Assembly: GCA_051294375.1 (NCBI GenBank)
Contig: CM119270.1
Location: forward strand, 17,356,077-17,419,887
Origin: Paraspadella gotoi
Lineage: Eukaryota; Animalia; Chaetognatha
DNA: 63,811 nucleotides
Direction: 5' to 3'
Shown here: one piece after another, positions 1 through 14,580 of the stretch
How the letters are laid out: each line of letters starts with the position of its first letter
Position numbering within the stretch: position 1 is the first letter of the stretch
The notes under the pieces: generated by a model
What the model saw: the letters and a program-made list of their open reading frames with translations, nothing else
Databases searched by the model: none
What the model was told of the DNA's origin: nothing
Position numbers and translations under genes: made by a program

Positions 1-974
1 CACAAAAAGAAAGAAAGAAAAAAAGTGCAGAACCAAACAATCGAGGTGAGAAGTGAGTGTTGTCTGTGATTTAATTTGCAAAGGCCGGGAGGAGAGATAA
101 CGTGAGATTTAAACCATAATACGTTTGTTGTTGTTGTTGTTGTTGTTGTTGTTATTGTGTTTGTGATGCGATGTATGACCATCGGTGAAGTGAGGAAAAG
201 GAGGAGGGTGAGGCTGGAGACTGGGGGGGTGGTAGAGAGTAGAGGTTAGAGGGGTAGAGGCGGATTAGAGGGGCTGTGGACTGGGAGATGGTAGAGGGGT
301 AGGAGAGTGAGACTGGGAGGGCTTAGAGGGTAGAAAAGTTAGCAGGGGTAGAGGGGTTAGATGGGGTAGAGAGGTATGAGAGTCCCTTGGGCTAAAAAGA
401 TTAGAGAAAGTGGAGGCGGAGCATCGAGCGGCAAGTTTGCGTTTTGATAGTTGAACAGGGAAATTAATAACGATTAAGACAACAAAAGTAATTTATGACA
501 GCTTAACATAAAAAATGTCAACCGCCGCACGATAATCTAACAGATTACACATAACAGAAGTAACAAAGAAGAAGAATGCGACGTACGACGACGAAAACAA
601 CGATAGACTCCTCCGTTTTTAGTTTGCCGAACATGGCTCTCCCTTGTTTTCCGCCGCAAAGAAGATGAGAGAGATGAGAGAGAGAGAGGAGAGAGAGAGA
701 TGGAGAGAGCAAGATTATTTTTTCGTGGTCTTTGTGTTGAGACGAACGTGATGTTTCTTTTTCCCTCTTGATCGCTATATATATTGAACGTGAGAGGCGA
801 GTTGAGGGGATTTAGGGGTTAGGGGGGGAGGGGGTGCGGGTTGGGAAGGGTGGGACAGACAGTGGGGTGAGTTGAAGGGGGAAATGAGGAGGATAATATA
901 AAAAGGTTAATTAATTTGAAAAAAAACTAATCAATAGATTTTAAAAAATAAATAAATAATGGACTGATTTTATT

Positions 975-2421
975 TGCATTAAAATCTTAAATCTGAGAAT
1001 TTTTTTGGGATTTTTTTTTGAGGTCTAAAATGGGATCTCTATTAATCTCTATTATTCATGCAAGGTTGAAAAAAAAATGTGTATCAAACTATTTTTAAGA
1101 TATACGTTATTTAGTAGCTTTCTCCTTTTTCGTTTTTGGCTAACGTTTCCCGTGGTAGAACGAAAGGTTACTGGGCGCCAAGGAATGGAATGAAAGAAGA
1201 TGGAATAAGGTGGATCGTGATATCGACTTAAAAGAAGAGATGAGAGAAAACAAAGGTTTTTTGTCCAAGATACTTTTTCCAGTTGCGAGGAAGAAGGAAG
1301 AGAAGAAGCCAAGATGCCAAGAGAAGAGGCCAACAGGTTGATTTCTTTTCGATAAGAGAGGTGAAAAGTGAAACCTTAGGTTATAGGAGAAAGCCACATG
1401 GAAGAGAATGGAAAGATAAGACCAGCGGAGAAAATGCTATGTGAAGTTGATATAAGAACGCGTTAGGATGATTATAATTGACATACAAATTATGTAGATT
1501 ATGCAGAGAAAAGGCAGGCAATAAACAATGTAACAAATAGTCAAAAAGGAGTTCGATGTTATTTTCTTGAAGGTAAGTGAAAGAGCAATGCCGTTCTCTC
1601 TCTCGTTTCACTGCTGTCGGAGCAACGAATTCCAAAAAACAAATTTCCCTTTATTTTTGATTGAAAGGCTTGAAATTTCTCATCTTTTTTTGCTCTTTAC
1701 GTACTCAAAACAAAATCAATTATCAACAAATTTATACATAAAAATGAGTATATCTTGTCTTTAATTTTCTCTTTTCAAAATATTAAAATCTCTTCACATT
1801 TTCGTTTGGTGATTTTTTTTCTAGCGGCGGGTTTCAAATGGTCACGCTGTAGAATGAACAGTTAATTTTATATTGGTTGTCCCTGTATTGAAATGAATAG
1901 TAACAACAATAATAATATAATATTAATATTAATATTAATAACAAGCGAAGTCTCAGAATCAATCTCAGTCTCAATTCACGAGGAAAATTCCGAATTTAAC
2001 AAATGGAAAAAAAGTCTTGACGATCGGTGAAAGGAAATACAAGACGATTGTTGATTCGGTGAAAAGACATTACTTTGTGACTCTGTGACTCTACGACGAT
2101 GGTGAAAGGGAGATCTTAATGGGGAGGGGGTTCGACTGGTCGCCTTCGATCGACCGGGTGTGAAAGGGGAAAGCGAGATTGATGGAGGCCATGATGGTTT
2201 CTGGAAGCAAAGATGGCGAATCGAAGTTCCGCGCCAAAAAAAAAAGAACAGAAGAACACTCGGAGGGAGAAAAGTTGGGGGGAGAAATAAAACGCCGGGA
2301 ATGCAATAGATAGGAATCGAGAAGAAAAGATAAGAAAAGAAAAGAAAGAAAAGAAAAGAAAAACGAAAAAAGTAAAGAAGTATCCCGAAATGCGTGGGTG
2401 AGAAAAAGGGATAATGGAAAA

Positions 2422-2493
<72 letters not shown>

Positions 2494-5270
2494 AAGATAA
2501 AATACGAGAGAAGAAAAAAAAAGAGGAAAAAGAAGAAGAAAAGATTTAAAGGAGATTCGGTAGAAAAGTCAGTCACGTGATGAAAAAAGCAGTCACGAGA
2601 TACAAAATCTAATCATCTGAGGTTTCGCATACAATCAGTGTCTTTTAGACAACGAAATATGAACTTCAATAATTACCATATTTCATGATCTCATTGGTTA
2701 GTACGAAGCTTTCTTCATTTAAAAANNNNNNNNNNNNNNNNNNNNNNNNNGATTTTTCGAGGTCTAAATGAGCAGATCTCTATAACTCTTACTATTTCAT
2801 GCAGGTTGAAAAATGATGATGTTATCAACTATTTTTAAATATCTTATTTAGATAAGAGAGCTTCTCCTTTGTTTTACGTTCGTGGGATTTTAAACGAAAG
2901 TTATGGCCCAAGAGGAATGGAATGAAATTATGAATAGGTGATTGATCGACTTTAAAAGAAGAGATGAGAGATAAAGGGGTTTGTTGTTCCAAGCGATACT
3001 TTTTTCACGAGTTGCAGCGGAAGAGGAAGAGAGGACAGGATGACAGAGAAAGGGCAACAGGTTGATTTTTTCGATAGAGAGGTGAAAGATAATCCTTAGG
3101 TTATAGAGAAAAACAAAAATGGAGAAAGCAACATGAAGAAATGGAGATAGACAGCGAAAAATGCCTATGTCGAAGTTGACATAGAACGCAATTAGATTTA
3201 TATTTATACAATTATTGAGTAGTGCAGAAAAGCGGCATACCATTTTAAAAATAGTCCCAAAGGAATGTCGATGTTATTTTCATGAGGTTAGTGAAAGCCC
3301 ATTGCCGTTCTCTTCTTCGTTTCAACTGCGTCTTTCTGAGGGGAAGCCTCCTTCTGACTTGTCTCAGAAAGAAAGAGAGAGAGAGAAGCCAAGAGAGGCA
3401 CTCCCTGATTGTCATCAAGGAAAGCCAAGGAGAATGGCAAATCATTTGTCTATCAATACTTCTACGGTCCACATTTCTGCTTAATCAGTTTCGAAATAAA
3501 ATATTATACGAATGAATTATTTAGGAGTCAGAGGTTGGACTTAACTTGCCTATCAGAGATCGATAAGTTGACAGCGACAGTTAGTTAATATAATATGTCC
3601 AGAGGTTAGGACGCTTTATTCACCACATAGCCTGACAGATCTTGTTTATTTCGGCGTGACATTTACTGCGCGAAAAATCTACCAATGAATGTGAAGATTT
3701 ACAGTTTGAAAAAAGATGCTTGAAACAAACTATACTCATTTTTTATATAGAATATTATATTTCGGAGTTTACTCTACTTTTACAGAAGTAATATTGCAAT
3801 GTATATTACTTTTAAAGAAATAATTAGTATTCCTTGATTCTTTTGAATGGCTTTCCTTGCAATGCCCTATTTACCAAAATAGTAGAGATTATGATTGAGT
3901 TTTTTTAAAAGGACACGAAATTCCAAAAAAACAAATTTCCCTTTCATTTTGATGAAAGACTTGAATTTTCTCTCAATCTTTTTTTGCTCTTTTACGTACT
4001 CAAAACAAAATCAGATATCAACATTTTATACATAAAATGAGTTCATATTTGGTCTTAAGTATCTTTTCAAATATTAAAATTACTTCACAATTTTTGTTTG
4101 GTGATTTTTGTTCTAAGCGGCGGGCGTTTCAAACTGGGTCGCTTTTTAGATATGAACAGTTAATTTTGATATTGGTTGTCCCTTGTTATGAATGAATAGT
4201 AACAACCAATAATATATAATTATTTAGTATTTATAACAAGCAAAGTTCAGAATCATTCAGCTCAATGGCACGAGAAAAATTCCGATTTTAACAAATGGGA
4301 AAAAAAATACTACCGATCAGAGTGAAAGGAAATACGAAGACGATTGGTGGCATTCGGGTGATTGAAAAGACATTTTTTTTTAAACTTTTTTTTTTTTTTG
4401 TGACCCTGTGACCTCACGACGGATGGTGAAATGGAGATCTTAATGGGGAGAGGTGAGGGGTTCACCTGCGTCGCCCCCTCCCTCGCATCGACGGTGGAAG
4501 GGGGAAAGCAGACGATTGATGGAGAGGCATGATGGAATTTTGGAGCAACGGTGGCGAATCGATGTTTCGCGCCAAAAAAAAAAGAACATAAACATCGGGG
4601 GTGGTGGGGAAAGGGAGAAAAAATTCGGGGGGAGAATTAAAACGCAGCGAATGCAATAGATAGGAATCGAGAAGAACAGGATAAGAAAGAAGAAGATAAA
4701 GGAAAGAAAAAACGAAAAAAAAAAAGTAGAGTAGATCACGAATCGTTGACGTGAGAAAAGGGGTTATGGAAAAAGGAACGCACGAGAGAGAGAGAACGGA
4801 TAAGAGAGGAGAAGGAGGAGATGTGGAGAGAAGAGATGAGAGGAGGAGAGAGCAAGGAGAAAGGGGGAGCAGAGAGAGGACGAGGGAGAGGAGAGAGATC
4901 GATGACGTGGTCGCAAGAGAGAGAGAAGAGAGAGAGAAAGAAGAGTAAAACTACGATGAGAGAGAAAAAAAAAAGAGAAAAAGAAGAAGGAAAGATTTTT
5001 AAGGAAATTCGGGTAAGAAAAGTCAGGTCACCGGTGATGAAAAAAAAAGCAAGTCACGAGATACAAAATTAATCATCCTGAAGGGTTTCGCCCCCTTTTG
5101 TTCCCCCGCCTCCCCTGGGCTTCTCCCTTCGCATTACAATCAGTATTGTCTGTTAGACAACGCCAAATTATGTTTATGTTGGGGGGGAACCCACCCAAAC
5201 AACTCTTTTCTAATTAGCCCAGTATTCATGATCTCATTGGTTAGTAACGAAGCTTTCTTTTCATTTAAAA
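975..5270. other. Near-duplicate segment pair (about 975-2725 and 2751-5270) joined by a 25-N gap; probable gap-filling false duplication
   Basis: The same sequence order (aggtctaaa...gtcacgagatacaaaat...cattggttagtacgaagct) appears twice. The copies differ mainly by scattered 1-3 bp indels typical of raw long reads. The N-run at 2726-2750 is 25 nt. Confidence 0.75.
2425..2488. repeat. (GA)n microsatellite
   Basis: Perfect GA dinucleotide run; it generates the spurious RERE/SLSL ORFs. Confidence 0.95.
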
Positions 5271-7299
5271 AACGGTGATCTTCAAGTTATCTCACTTTAT
5301 ATCACTTAGAATACTTCCCATGTTAGAATTTCTATGAGTTAAAATACGGTAAATATTAAGAATGATTTTTCAATGCTTTTCAAATCTAATCTCATTAATG
5401 CTTATTTAGCGAAAAGATGCTTGAAATTTTATTGGTCAGATGATTTTAAAGATCGAATTCCTGTATGAAAATCCTCAATGTCTTTTACTTACACAAAAAT
5501 TTAGGTAAGACGCCACATTTATCTTGAATACAATTTTTTTCCTTCATTACGCTTTCATGGATAATTTTTCTTAATCTTTTTCTTCTCTACTTAATTTTCC
5601 TCTTCTCTTCCTCCTTATTTCACGCTTTTCTTGGGGGGTACACTTACCATTTTTTTTGGCTCTACCTTTTTTTCAGGTCATACTCATGCACTTTCCTCAC
5701 CTTTTTTTTCTTCATTTTTCATTCTTTCCCCTCTTTTTTTCTTTCCTTTTTCCCCTTTTCTTTACCTTACAAATTGTTTTGTTTTCACTATTTTTTTTCC
5801 CCATTTGCCTTGATTTGTTTTTGCTTTCACCCTCTCTTTCATTTCCTCCCCTTCTCTTTTCTTGTTTTCCGCTTTCCTATATTTGCTTTCTCACTACGTT
5901 ACATTGAAGCAATCAAACGAAAATTTAAAATGCCTTTATAAGAAAGAAATGAACGACGTTTTTCTGATTATTTTTGTTAGCGCATTTTTTCTTTCATTTG
6001 TTGGCTAGCAAATTTAGGTTAACATCGAAGAATTTTGCCGGAAAATTTTTCCGCCAAAATCTGTCGGATTTTAGAAAAAACAGTCCTGATGCTTTTCAGA
6101 GTGGATTAATTAAAGGGATGCGGTTTTTTTTTTTTTTTTGGATTAATCCAAGGTCAGTATTGTACCTCATCTTAAAATAATAATGAGTTGAAAAATTCTC
6201 TTTATCAAAAATTATTAAAAAATATTAACAGAAAGTTTTTTGATTAATTTTATAGGCTTGTTAAAAGCTTATTCATAAGGCTTATATTTTTTGTTTATTT
6301 TAATCAATTTGATTTATTTTTTTTTTTTTAACAAATTATGTAAAGACTGAAAACTCAACTTTTTGACTTGTTACTTTAAATTATCATAGGCCAAAGCTAT
6401 AATATTTAGCCTAATAAATTTAACAGAGAGGGTAGAAGATATAAGAACAGAAGGGATTTCCACATAAATTTTTTCTACTTTCCTTTGGCATTCAGATCAG
6501 AGTCGCGTAAGTAAAAGGACAAAATGCATATTTTTTGCGCTAAAGTTGCAAATGTAATATTTTCATTAGAACGGGTGCTTGTTGAAATGTTTTTAACAAT
6601 CCTTTTCGGCCTAATTTGCTGTTGTTGCGGTACAAAGTTAATTAACATTGTAGTAACAAACTGAACTGAACAATAGTGGAAAGAGTCGTTTTTTTCCTAA
6701 ATGTAACGTTTGTACGCGGAACCCTGATACAAATGGGAATCACGGAATACGATACAGAAGTAGCCAAAGCCGATGAAATTTAAATGCTAAAGTACAAGGC
6801 GTTAAAATAATCTATCATTTTTGTCAAAAATGCTTTTTTTCTTAGGGTAGTAGTAAAATTTTTATATTACTATAAAAAAGGGAAAAAAAATTGAAATGTT
6901 TAAATTTTTTGATGGATTCTGATAGAGCATAAAAAGTTAAACAAGAAATATAATTACAGCTTTTAAAAATTATGACATTATCTCAAGAAAAATCTGAAAA
7001 ATCGATATAATTATCAAAAGATGATGATGGTGATTTTTTATGGTTTTTCTTATTTTTAACCGACTTATCATAAAAATATTTAAAAAAGAATTATACTTTG
7101 TGTAGACAACTTTTTGTGAGCTATTTGAATCTGGTCTTAAAATTTAAAATTTCTAAAAATTATTTTTGGCCTTTTTCGTTTGAGCATGTACATTGTACTC
7201 ACTCTAAATATTTTACTCTACCCATTGAGTGTGGCTACCCCTAACAGAAGGCTTCATATTATAAAATGAGGTACTCCTTTTTTGAGACCAGATCGAAAC

Positions 7300-7860
7300 T
7301 TCATGATCGAATTTCATTACAAATGGAGTCCCAATGACGATATAAATGGAACAATCGAGACGAACTTTGATATGCAACCCCTGACAAGAGATACAGGGCC
7401 CTGAGGCTGGACCCCTTGAGGGCCAAAAAAGGCTCAATTTTTTTTTTTAAATTATTTTAGTAGCATCAGGTGCATTGACGTTTAAAACATATATAAAAAT
7501 ATTTTAGAACTAAAATTTATAATTTTTAAATAATTAAGCATGGTTTGAAAATGCATGATTCATCGTTTTACTCCTAATTTTTCCCAATTATTCTAAATCT
7601 GACTTCAACCACTGAGGCCGAAAATTAAGGTAAACTAATATTTTTATGTTAATAAATAAATTTTTATGGAAGAGTAAACGTTTGTACAACTGTTCAAAAC
7701 AAAAATAATTAAAAAAATATGAAAGCGAATTTTGACCATTTTTTGTCCCTATCAGTGAACCCTCCTGGAGGCCTATATCTCGGCTCAGGGGTCAAATATT
7801 GAAATTCGCCTCGATAGTTCTATTTGTATCGTTTTACTTTTAATGAATTTGGTCCAGTAG
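7300..7860. mobile_element. Diverged foldback/MITE-like element (arms about 7300-7440 and 7735-7860)
   Basis: acgatataaatggaacaatcgagacgaactttgatatgcaacccctga approximately matches the reverse complement of tcaggggtcaaatattgaaattcgcctcgatagttctatttgtatcgt. Termini and TSD are not resolved. Confidence 0.45.
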
Positions 7861-10663
7861 TTTTCTCGGAAAAAAAGATAGTTTTCTGCGGAAAAAAAGG
7901 GTCGATTTTTTATAACTTGTATGCACTTTTGTAAACATCGGTTATGATGAGAGTGATTTGATAACATGATACAGTCAAACTAGTCATTACAAAAAAGAAC
8001 ACGTGAACAATCCGTCCGTCAGTGACAAAACTGGATTAGGCGAGAGAGATATTTCCATCTTCGCAACAAAGAAAGAAAAAAGTTCCTTTCTTTATGCCTC
8101 TGAGGTTTTTTCTCTATTCTGCGCCTGCCCATTACTTACCCTTTTCATCGCTTAGATATTTCCTCTTTTTTTCCCCTTTTCTATTTCTTTTTAGTCACTT
8201 ACTTTTTTCTATTTATTTTTTTTGTAAAAAAGGGATTTGCCTTTTTTAAAAAAAAAACAAACTTAGGTTTCGTGTTCAGAGGTTCGAAAGAATTTCGGCA
8301 CATTCTCTTTTGTAGCCAATGGTTGTGCGACGGAAATGTTGAATAGTTTCTATGCCTCACGAGGTACGCACGGTTTCAGACCGTTAATAATTCGTAAGTT
8401 GTTATTATTTTTATCAAAACTCGTAGAACTTTTTATTTTTAACGGGAGACGCCTAACCGTTTGATTGGATTAAAAATTCATGGAATGAATCAGCCTACTA
8501 AGGTTGATAGTTAACCCTTAAAAGCGGTCTAAGTCTATTCAATAAAAAAAATCGACACTGGGCGGTCATTTCGAAGTGCGCTTCTCTGTGCCTGCTAGCT
8601 ATCCAAGGGCCCGACTGAAAAAATTGAGAGACGAGGCCATATTATTTTTTCCCTCAAGCTTTGGACGAGTGCACCTGTCTATACCACCGTCGCATATCTT
8701 ACCTCGACGAGGCACAAAGATTCGCTCCGAGAGCGGTAAGATCCGCTAACGCCGATAGTTAAGTTTCAACTGCTTTAACGTCATTTGTGTCGCCGAGAGA
8801 TTATTCAACTTCAATTACAAATACGTTGATGGACTTTTAAAATGAGAAACAAAGAGCTCACGCCCCTGCGCCCGTGTTTGTTGTTCGAATCGCTTATACA
8901 TCGGCGCTTGGAATCGAAACCTAAAAGTGTGGGGATAAAAAGTGGTGGTACAATAATAATCATATCGGAACTGTAAATAATGGCGCGCATAATAAGGAAA
9001 GAAAAACAATTAGGGACTGGAATCTTTTATCTTATTAATTAATTTTTTAATGAATATAGGAAATAGAGAGAGGTTACACTTAAAGAAAAATAACGTTGAA
9101 GAGACGTATACTTGGGAAAACAAGGAAAGAAAAGAAAGGACTGGAAGTAGGGAAAAAGGAGGAGGAGCCCTGCGTTAACGTCGAAGAAATAGAATAAGTA
9201 GGAAGACGCTAAATGAGAAAAAGAAAAGAAAAAGGATTGGACTGGAAGTGATATCGCTACATATATTGATCGGATCTACCTACTCTGATCGTACTGCTCC
9301 CGTACTCGAATCTATATATATCGGATAGGGTTATCTTGAAAAAGGATAAGTAAAACGGACTGGGAAAGGAGAAAAAAAAAGAAGAGAGAAAAAGGATGAT
9401 GGGGAACTGGGAAGATAGGAAAAGAGCGAGAGGGTTACTTTGAAGAACAAAGATAAGTAAAAGGGATGCCAGTGATTACGGGTCGCGCTCTGTCGCGCTG
9501 GATCGGAGATAAGATTCTTATGCTCTCATCTCAGAAAAAAATATGGGGCTTCGTAAATACAAAAAATGGGAAGGGAAAAAAAGAAAAGAAACAAACAAAA
9601 TAAAAAAAATAGCGATGACAAATCCGTGGCCGGATTAACTCTGTCAGTCCCACCAATTATTCCCGATTTCACTAGCAATAAAAAATCCCAAAAAGCGACG
9701 CGACTACGAATAGGAAGGAATTTAAATGACTTTGGATAGGAAAAATCCCTCTCTCCCCCGCTTTTCCGAATCACCCGGACGATTTTCTCCCCCTTTTCTT
9801 TTGCTCCCCTTTCCTCCACTTTCTTCGGACTCTAGCCCACACTTCCTCCTTGTACTACCTCACTTCCTTCCTTCCTCCCTCCCTGACCCGAACTCGAGTG
9901 TATATCTTTCTGCCTTTTTGGTATTTCCCGCTCGACCGGTTTTGTTTTAAATGGCCTAAAGAACTCTCCTGCATGTGCTCATTCTTAGCCTTCCACTCCG
10001 TATTTTGTTAAAATTGAATAATTAACTGGACCGGCACTGGGGGGTTCTAGCTTCTCAGACCGGAGATCATATAACGCGATCAGCGTTACTGTGATAACTA
10101 ATATCCCAAAAGTGGTAAGTTAAAAAAAGACTTGAAATTCTAGATTCAAAGCGAGTATTTGGTTTCAAATCTTTGAAGATTCCGTGATCTATCTCAATAC
10201 TTTATTAATAAAGATTTTAGAATTAAATTTCGCACCCTCTTAAACTATATTAACTAGCGTCCGGATGAGGGTTGGTGTACAAGACATATAATAATTACCA
10301 TTTTAATATAACTCGAAATTTTAAAGCGTCAAGCAACCCGCACGCCCCCCACAAAAAAAAGGGAAACGCCCCGCCCGTAGTTGGCTTAGGGTATTTTTTT
10401 TATTTATTCGTAAAGATCACACTAATCATTGTTTAGCAAATCTTATTCATTTTGTTGTCCTCCTTGGTCCGATCAAATTCCATGACGATCATCGAGTACT
10501 ACAAACGAAGACTATTTCAATCTCTTCGAACTTCTGCATGCGAGAATTTTTAAATCCATCGCTATCAAGTGACGAGAGAGGCCAGAGAGAGAGAAACGGC
10601 GAGGCGAGGACAGCTGTAGCATCTTGAGTAGACTGCGTAACTATGTAGCTATCGACTTGAGGA

Positions 10664-10983
10664 GGTGATTCCTTCTTTTCACGGCCCTTGTGTGTAGTTC
10701 CCTTCTTTTCACGGCCCTTGGTTATTGTGATCCTTCTTTTTTTTTTCACGGCCCTTGGTGTGATTCCCTTCTTTTCACGGCGCCTTGGTGTGATTCCCTT
10801 CTTTTCACGGCCCTTTATAGTGGCTGTGATTCCCTTCTTTTCCGGCCCTTTGGTGTGATTCCCTTCTTTTCACGGCCCTTGGTGTGATTCCCTTCTTTTC
10901 ACGGCCCTTGGTTGTTGATTCCCTTCTTTTCACGGCCCTTGGTGTGATTCTCTTCTTTTCACGGCCTTGGTGTGATTCTCACG
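10664..10983. repeat. 29-bp minisatellite GGTGTGATTCCCTTCTTTTCACGGCCCTT, about 10-11 copies
   Basis: Head-to-tail units with no spacers. The same array recurs at 15248-15316 (about 2.5 units) and 20034-20335. Confidence 0.92.
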
Positions 10984-11123
10984 ATCGTAAATCGTCATTC
11001 CGCACTTAGGTTAACGACGATGAGCCTTTCGTGAAGTCGAAACGAAACAAAAGGACATCGACCTCTTTTTTAACGGAATGAATATGTATATATATAGTAT
11101 ATATATTATATATTATATATATA

Positions 11124-11167
<44 letters not shown>

Positions 11168-14100
11168 ATTATATATATATACCATGATGGAAAAAAAATC
11201 GTCGCGCGGTTGGAAAAAGTCGCGTTTAATTTCATTGTAAATATTTTTTTTGGCCATTAATAAGGTTTTAATGTTTTTGTTGTGTAACAGACTCTTTAAG
11301 ACTGAATAAAAAATTTATTTCTCAACCGCATAAAAATTATTTATTGCATGCAATTATTTCCAAAGAGGGTTGTCTCTAACTGTTTTCACTCTTTTTTGTT
11401 CAAAAGGACTATACATATTTTTATTAATATTATACTCTGCTACATAATATTTTTTATCAGAATTTGGGCAAAAAATGGTGAAAAACTGAAAAAGCATTGA
11501 TTCCTTTAAAGTAAACCAGGCTTCAGTTTTTGACTGCATAATGTGATGATGCATTGTCTTTCCCTTCAACAAAATATTTGATGTTTTTTTAGGGGGGGAT
11601 TTGTTTGATATTTCTTCTCAGATAAACATCCAGAGGTAAATAAAAATGATAACTTTGCTCACAGAAAGGTTTACCCAGTCTTATTACTTTTATTGATACT
11701 TACAATATAAAAAAAAATTCTGGAGCATCTACAGCATCAATTGTATTTATAATATTGCTATTTTTTGACTATATGAATTAAGATTCATCACTGAATCTAT
11801 CCTAATTGAGATGATGCAATAACCATTTGACATGAGACAGAAAAGGCAAGGATTTTAAATAGTTTTTAACTTGTTTTTAATACGTTTATTTCATGTCTTT
11901 TAATGATACCAATACATGTTAACTCTTGCTAACCTCGAATTCATGGCCGAGAAAATTAGATTATGAGCAGTACAAAAATCAACAATAATAATGAAAAAAT
12001 TAAAATGTTCAAAAATTTTAAAGGTCACGTGACCACTCTCCGCCAATCAAAATCGGGATTGTCAAATCCATTAAAAATAAAAAAAGGATGTGATCCGAAC
12101 ATTTTTATGTATGTTTGGTTCTTATAATAATTAGAAATATGTAAGTGGTATCGGAAAATCGAGAGGTAAAAGTTTTCGTTAGAAAAAATAATGAATCAAA
12201 TCCAGCTTACTGTTACAATTATTATATAGTGATTGAAAAACTCCATGTCATTTTTAAATTAACCAACAAGTTTACTCTGCTACATTCAGTGATTCAATCA
12301 TTTTGTTGAAACCGGAATTCGTGGAATCTCCCTAATTCAAATTCGAGGGATGTCAGTAAAGGTGCACCGTTGAAGAATGTTAATATTTAATTAACTTGCC
12401 CATCTACTTCGTTTTTTAACTTTGCCTTAATCATTTTTTTCAGACAGGTTTTTTCATTGGATCTGCTGTTTTAGTGCTTTCAGCAGATCCCGCACTTTAT
12501 AATTCACTTTGTCGGTCCGTCGGTCCACCCCCCATCATCTTGTTGGGCAGTTTCACTTAATAATGCACTGCTCCAGCCGAAACAATTGGAATTTACTTGA
12601 ATAACCATTGTGCTAGAAAAGAAACGAAGTCTGCTCCAGTTCCATCCATCCGAGCGGTTTGAGCAAATAAAACAACCAAACTTACTCGTTGAATTCACAA
12701 TGATATGGATTTTTGACAATGAACATTGTGTTTTGTTCTGGTGCGGTTAAAGGATTGTGTGTTGAATTCCCGACTGGATATTATGGAAGTTTACGCTATT
12801 TGATCGGTGCCCGAAGTGGGGAACATGAGTTTAAATGAAAAAAAAAAAAACTAAAAAAAATATTTACTATTTGAAGCAACCCAATCCTCATAAGTGGAAT
12901 GGGGAATGGTGTGTTTGAAGAAGGCAGATTCCTTCTCGTTCTTCCCATTTTAGACAGTTTGTCCTCCTCGCCTCCGCTCTCGTATAAATTCAAACCCGAG
13001 AGAAAGAGAGAGAAAAGAGAAGAGGAAGAGAGGCGCAATGGAAAAAAAAAGTAGATGAGACGTATGAACAATGATGATTGTCTGAGAGGAGGACAGTGTA
13101 AGAGGATTAGTAAGACAGAGAAAAGGACGAGCGAGAGAGAGCGAGCACCTAGCAATACGGTTCTGAATGCAATGATTGCGATTCGCCAGCATTCGGCCGG
13201 CCGAGGCAGCGACGGCCGCGCTCGCGCCTTGGCAAGCACGAAGTCTTTCAAGCCAACAGCGTCACAACACGGGATTCTTGTTGTATGGCAGAAACCCTTC
13301 CGCTCGCCCCCGTTGATTAACATCTTTCGATAGCCGGATACATCTCATCGATTCCCCTCGATCGTCGATCTTCTGCTTTTCTCTCTCTCTCATTTGCTGT
13401 GCGAAATACTCTTGCAGCCTTTATACATCAATCATTCGATAATCCATCTCATCTCTAATCCCCTGGTTCTTTCCATACTCAATCTGATTCATGCTTTTCT
13501 TTTTCTTTTTTATATATTTCTAAATGTAAGATATGCTGCACTCCAAATCCGACTGACGCAACACTCTCTCTCAGTTCACGTAATCTATCTGTTTCTGCGA
13601 AGCATTCTTTACTCTCCTATCAAATATGTGTCGTATCTCCATAGTCAATCCTCGATNNNNNNNNNNNNNNNNNNNNNNNNNGTTGTGACGGAAATGTTGA
13701 ATAGTTTCTATGCCTCACGAGGTACGCACGGTTCAGACCGTTAATAATTCTTAAGTTGTTATTATTTATCAAAAACTCGTAGAAACTTTTATCTTTTAAC
13801 GGGCAGACGCCTAAGTTTGATTGGATTAAAAATTCATGAATGAATCAGCCTACTAAGGTTGATAGTTAACCTTAAAAGCGGTCTAAGTCTATTCAATAAA
13901 AAAATCGACGCGGTCATTTCGAGGCCTCTCTGCCTTAGTATGGCCGACTGAAAAAATAGAGACGAGGCATATTATTTTTCCTCAAGTTTGGACATGCACA
14001 CATCGCACAGGCACAAAGATTCGCTCGAGCGTAAATCCGCATAACGCGATAGTTAAGTTTCACTGTTTACTCATTCCCGATATTCAATTCAATTACAAAT

Positions 14101-14232
14101 TGACTTTTAAATGAGAAACAAAGAGCTCGTGTTTGTTTTACGGAATCGTATAATCGTTGAACGAAAGAAAAAGTGTGGATAAAAATGGTACAAAATAACA
14201 TATCGAGTAATGGGAATAAGGAAAGAAAAAGA

Positions 14233-14580
14233 TAGGGACTGGAATATAGGAAAAAGAGAGAGGGTACTTAAAGAAAAAATAAGTGAAGAGAGATACTTGG
14301 GAAAAAGGAAAGAAAAAGAAGGGACTGGAAGATAGGAAAAAAAGAGAGGGTTACTAGAAGAATAGATAAGTTAGGATGAAGTAATGAGAAAAAGAATAAG
14401 AAAAAGATGGGGACTGGAAGAGAGGAAAAAGAGATAGGGTTACTTGAAAAAAAGATAAGTAAAGAAAGGTACTGGGAAAAAAAGAGAAAAAGATGGGAAC
14501 TGGAAGATAGGAAAAAGAGAGAGGGTTACTTGAAGAAAAGATAAGTAAAGGGAAGTACTGGGAAAAGGAAGAAAGGGAAT
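14233..14580. repeat. Purine-rich minisatellite with an about 87-bp unit, about 4 copies (also 19022-19365 and a noisy copy at 9010-9470)
   Basis: ggractggaa-ataggaaaaa-gagagggttactt recurs at about 14235, 14321, 14410 and 14496. Confidence 0.8.

Noticed and set aside
1052-6180. Numerous F/L/S-rich and R/E/K-rich short ORFs
   Set aside because: Products of purine/pyrimidine-skewed and (GA)n sequence, with frames not conserved between the duplicate copies.
10664-10983. 29-bp repeats with an internal GTGA/TCAC inversion resembling CRISPR repeats
   Set aside because: The units are head-to-tail with no unique spacers, there are no cas genes, and the context is eukaryotic; it is a minisatellite.
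12796-13744. ORFs of 92-175 aa and a GC-rich patch before the N gap
   Set aside because: The HINE copy degrades into sequence absent from the other duplicate copies, consistent with a low-quality read end; no recognisable protein.
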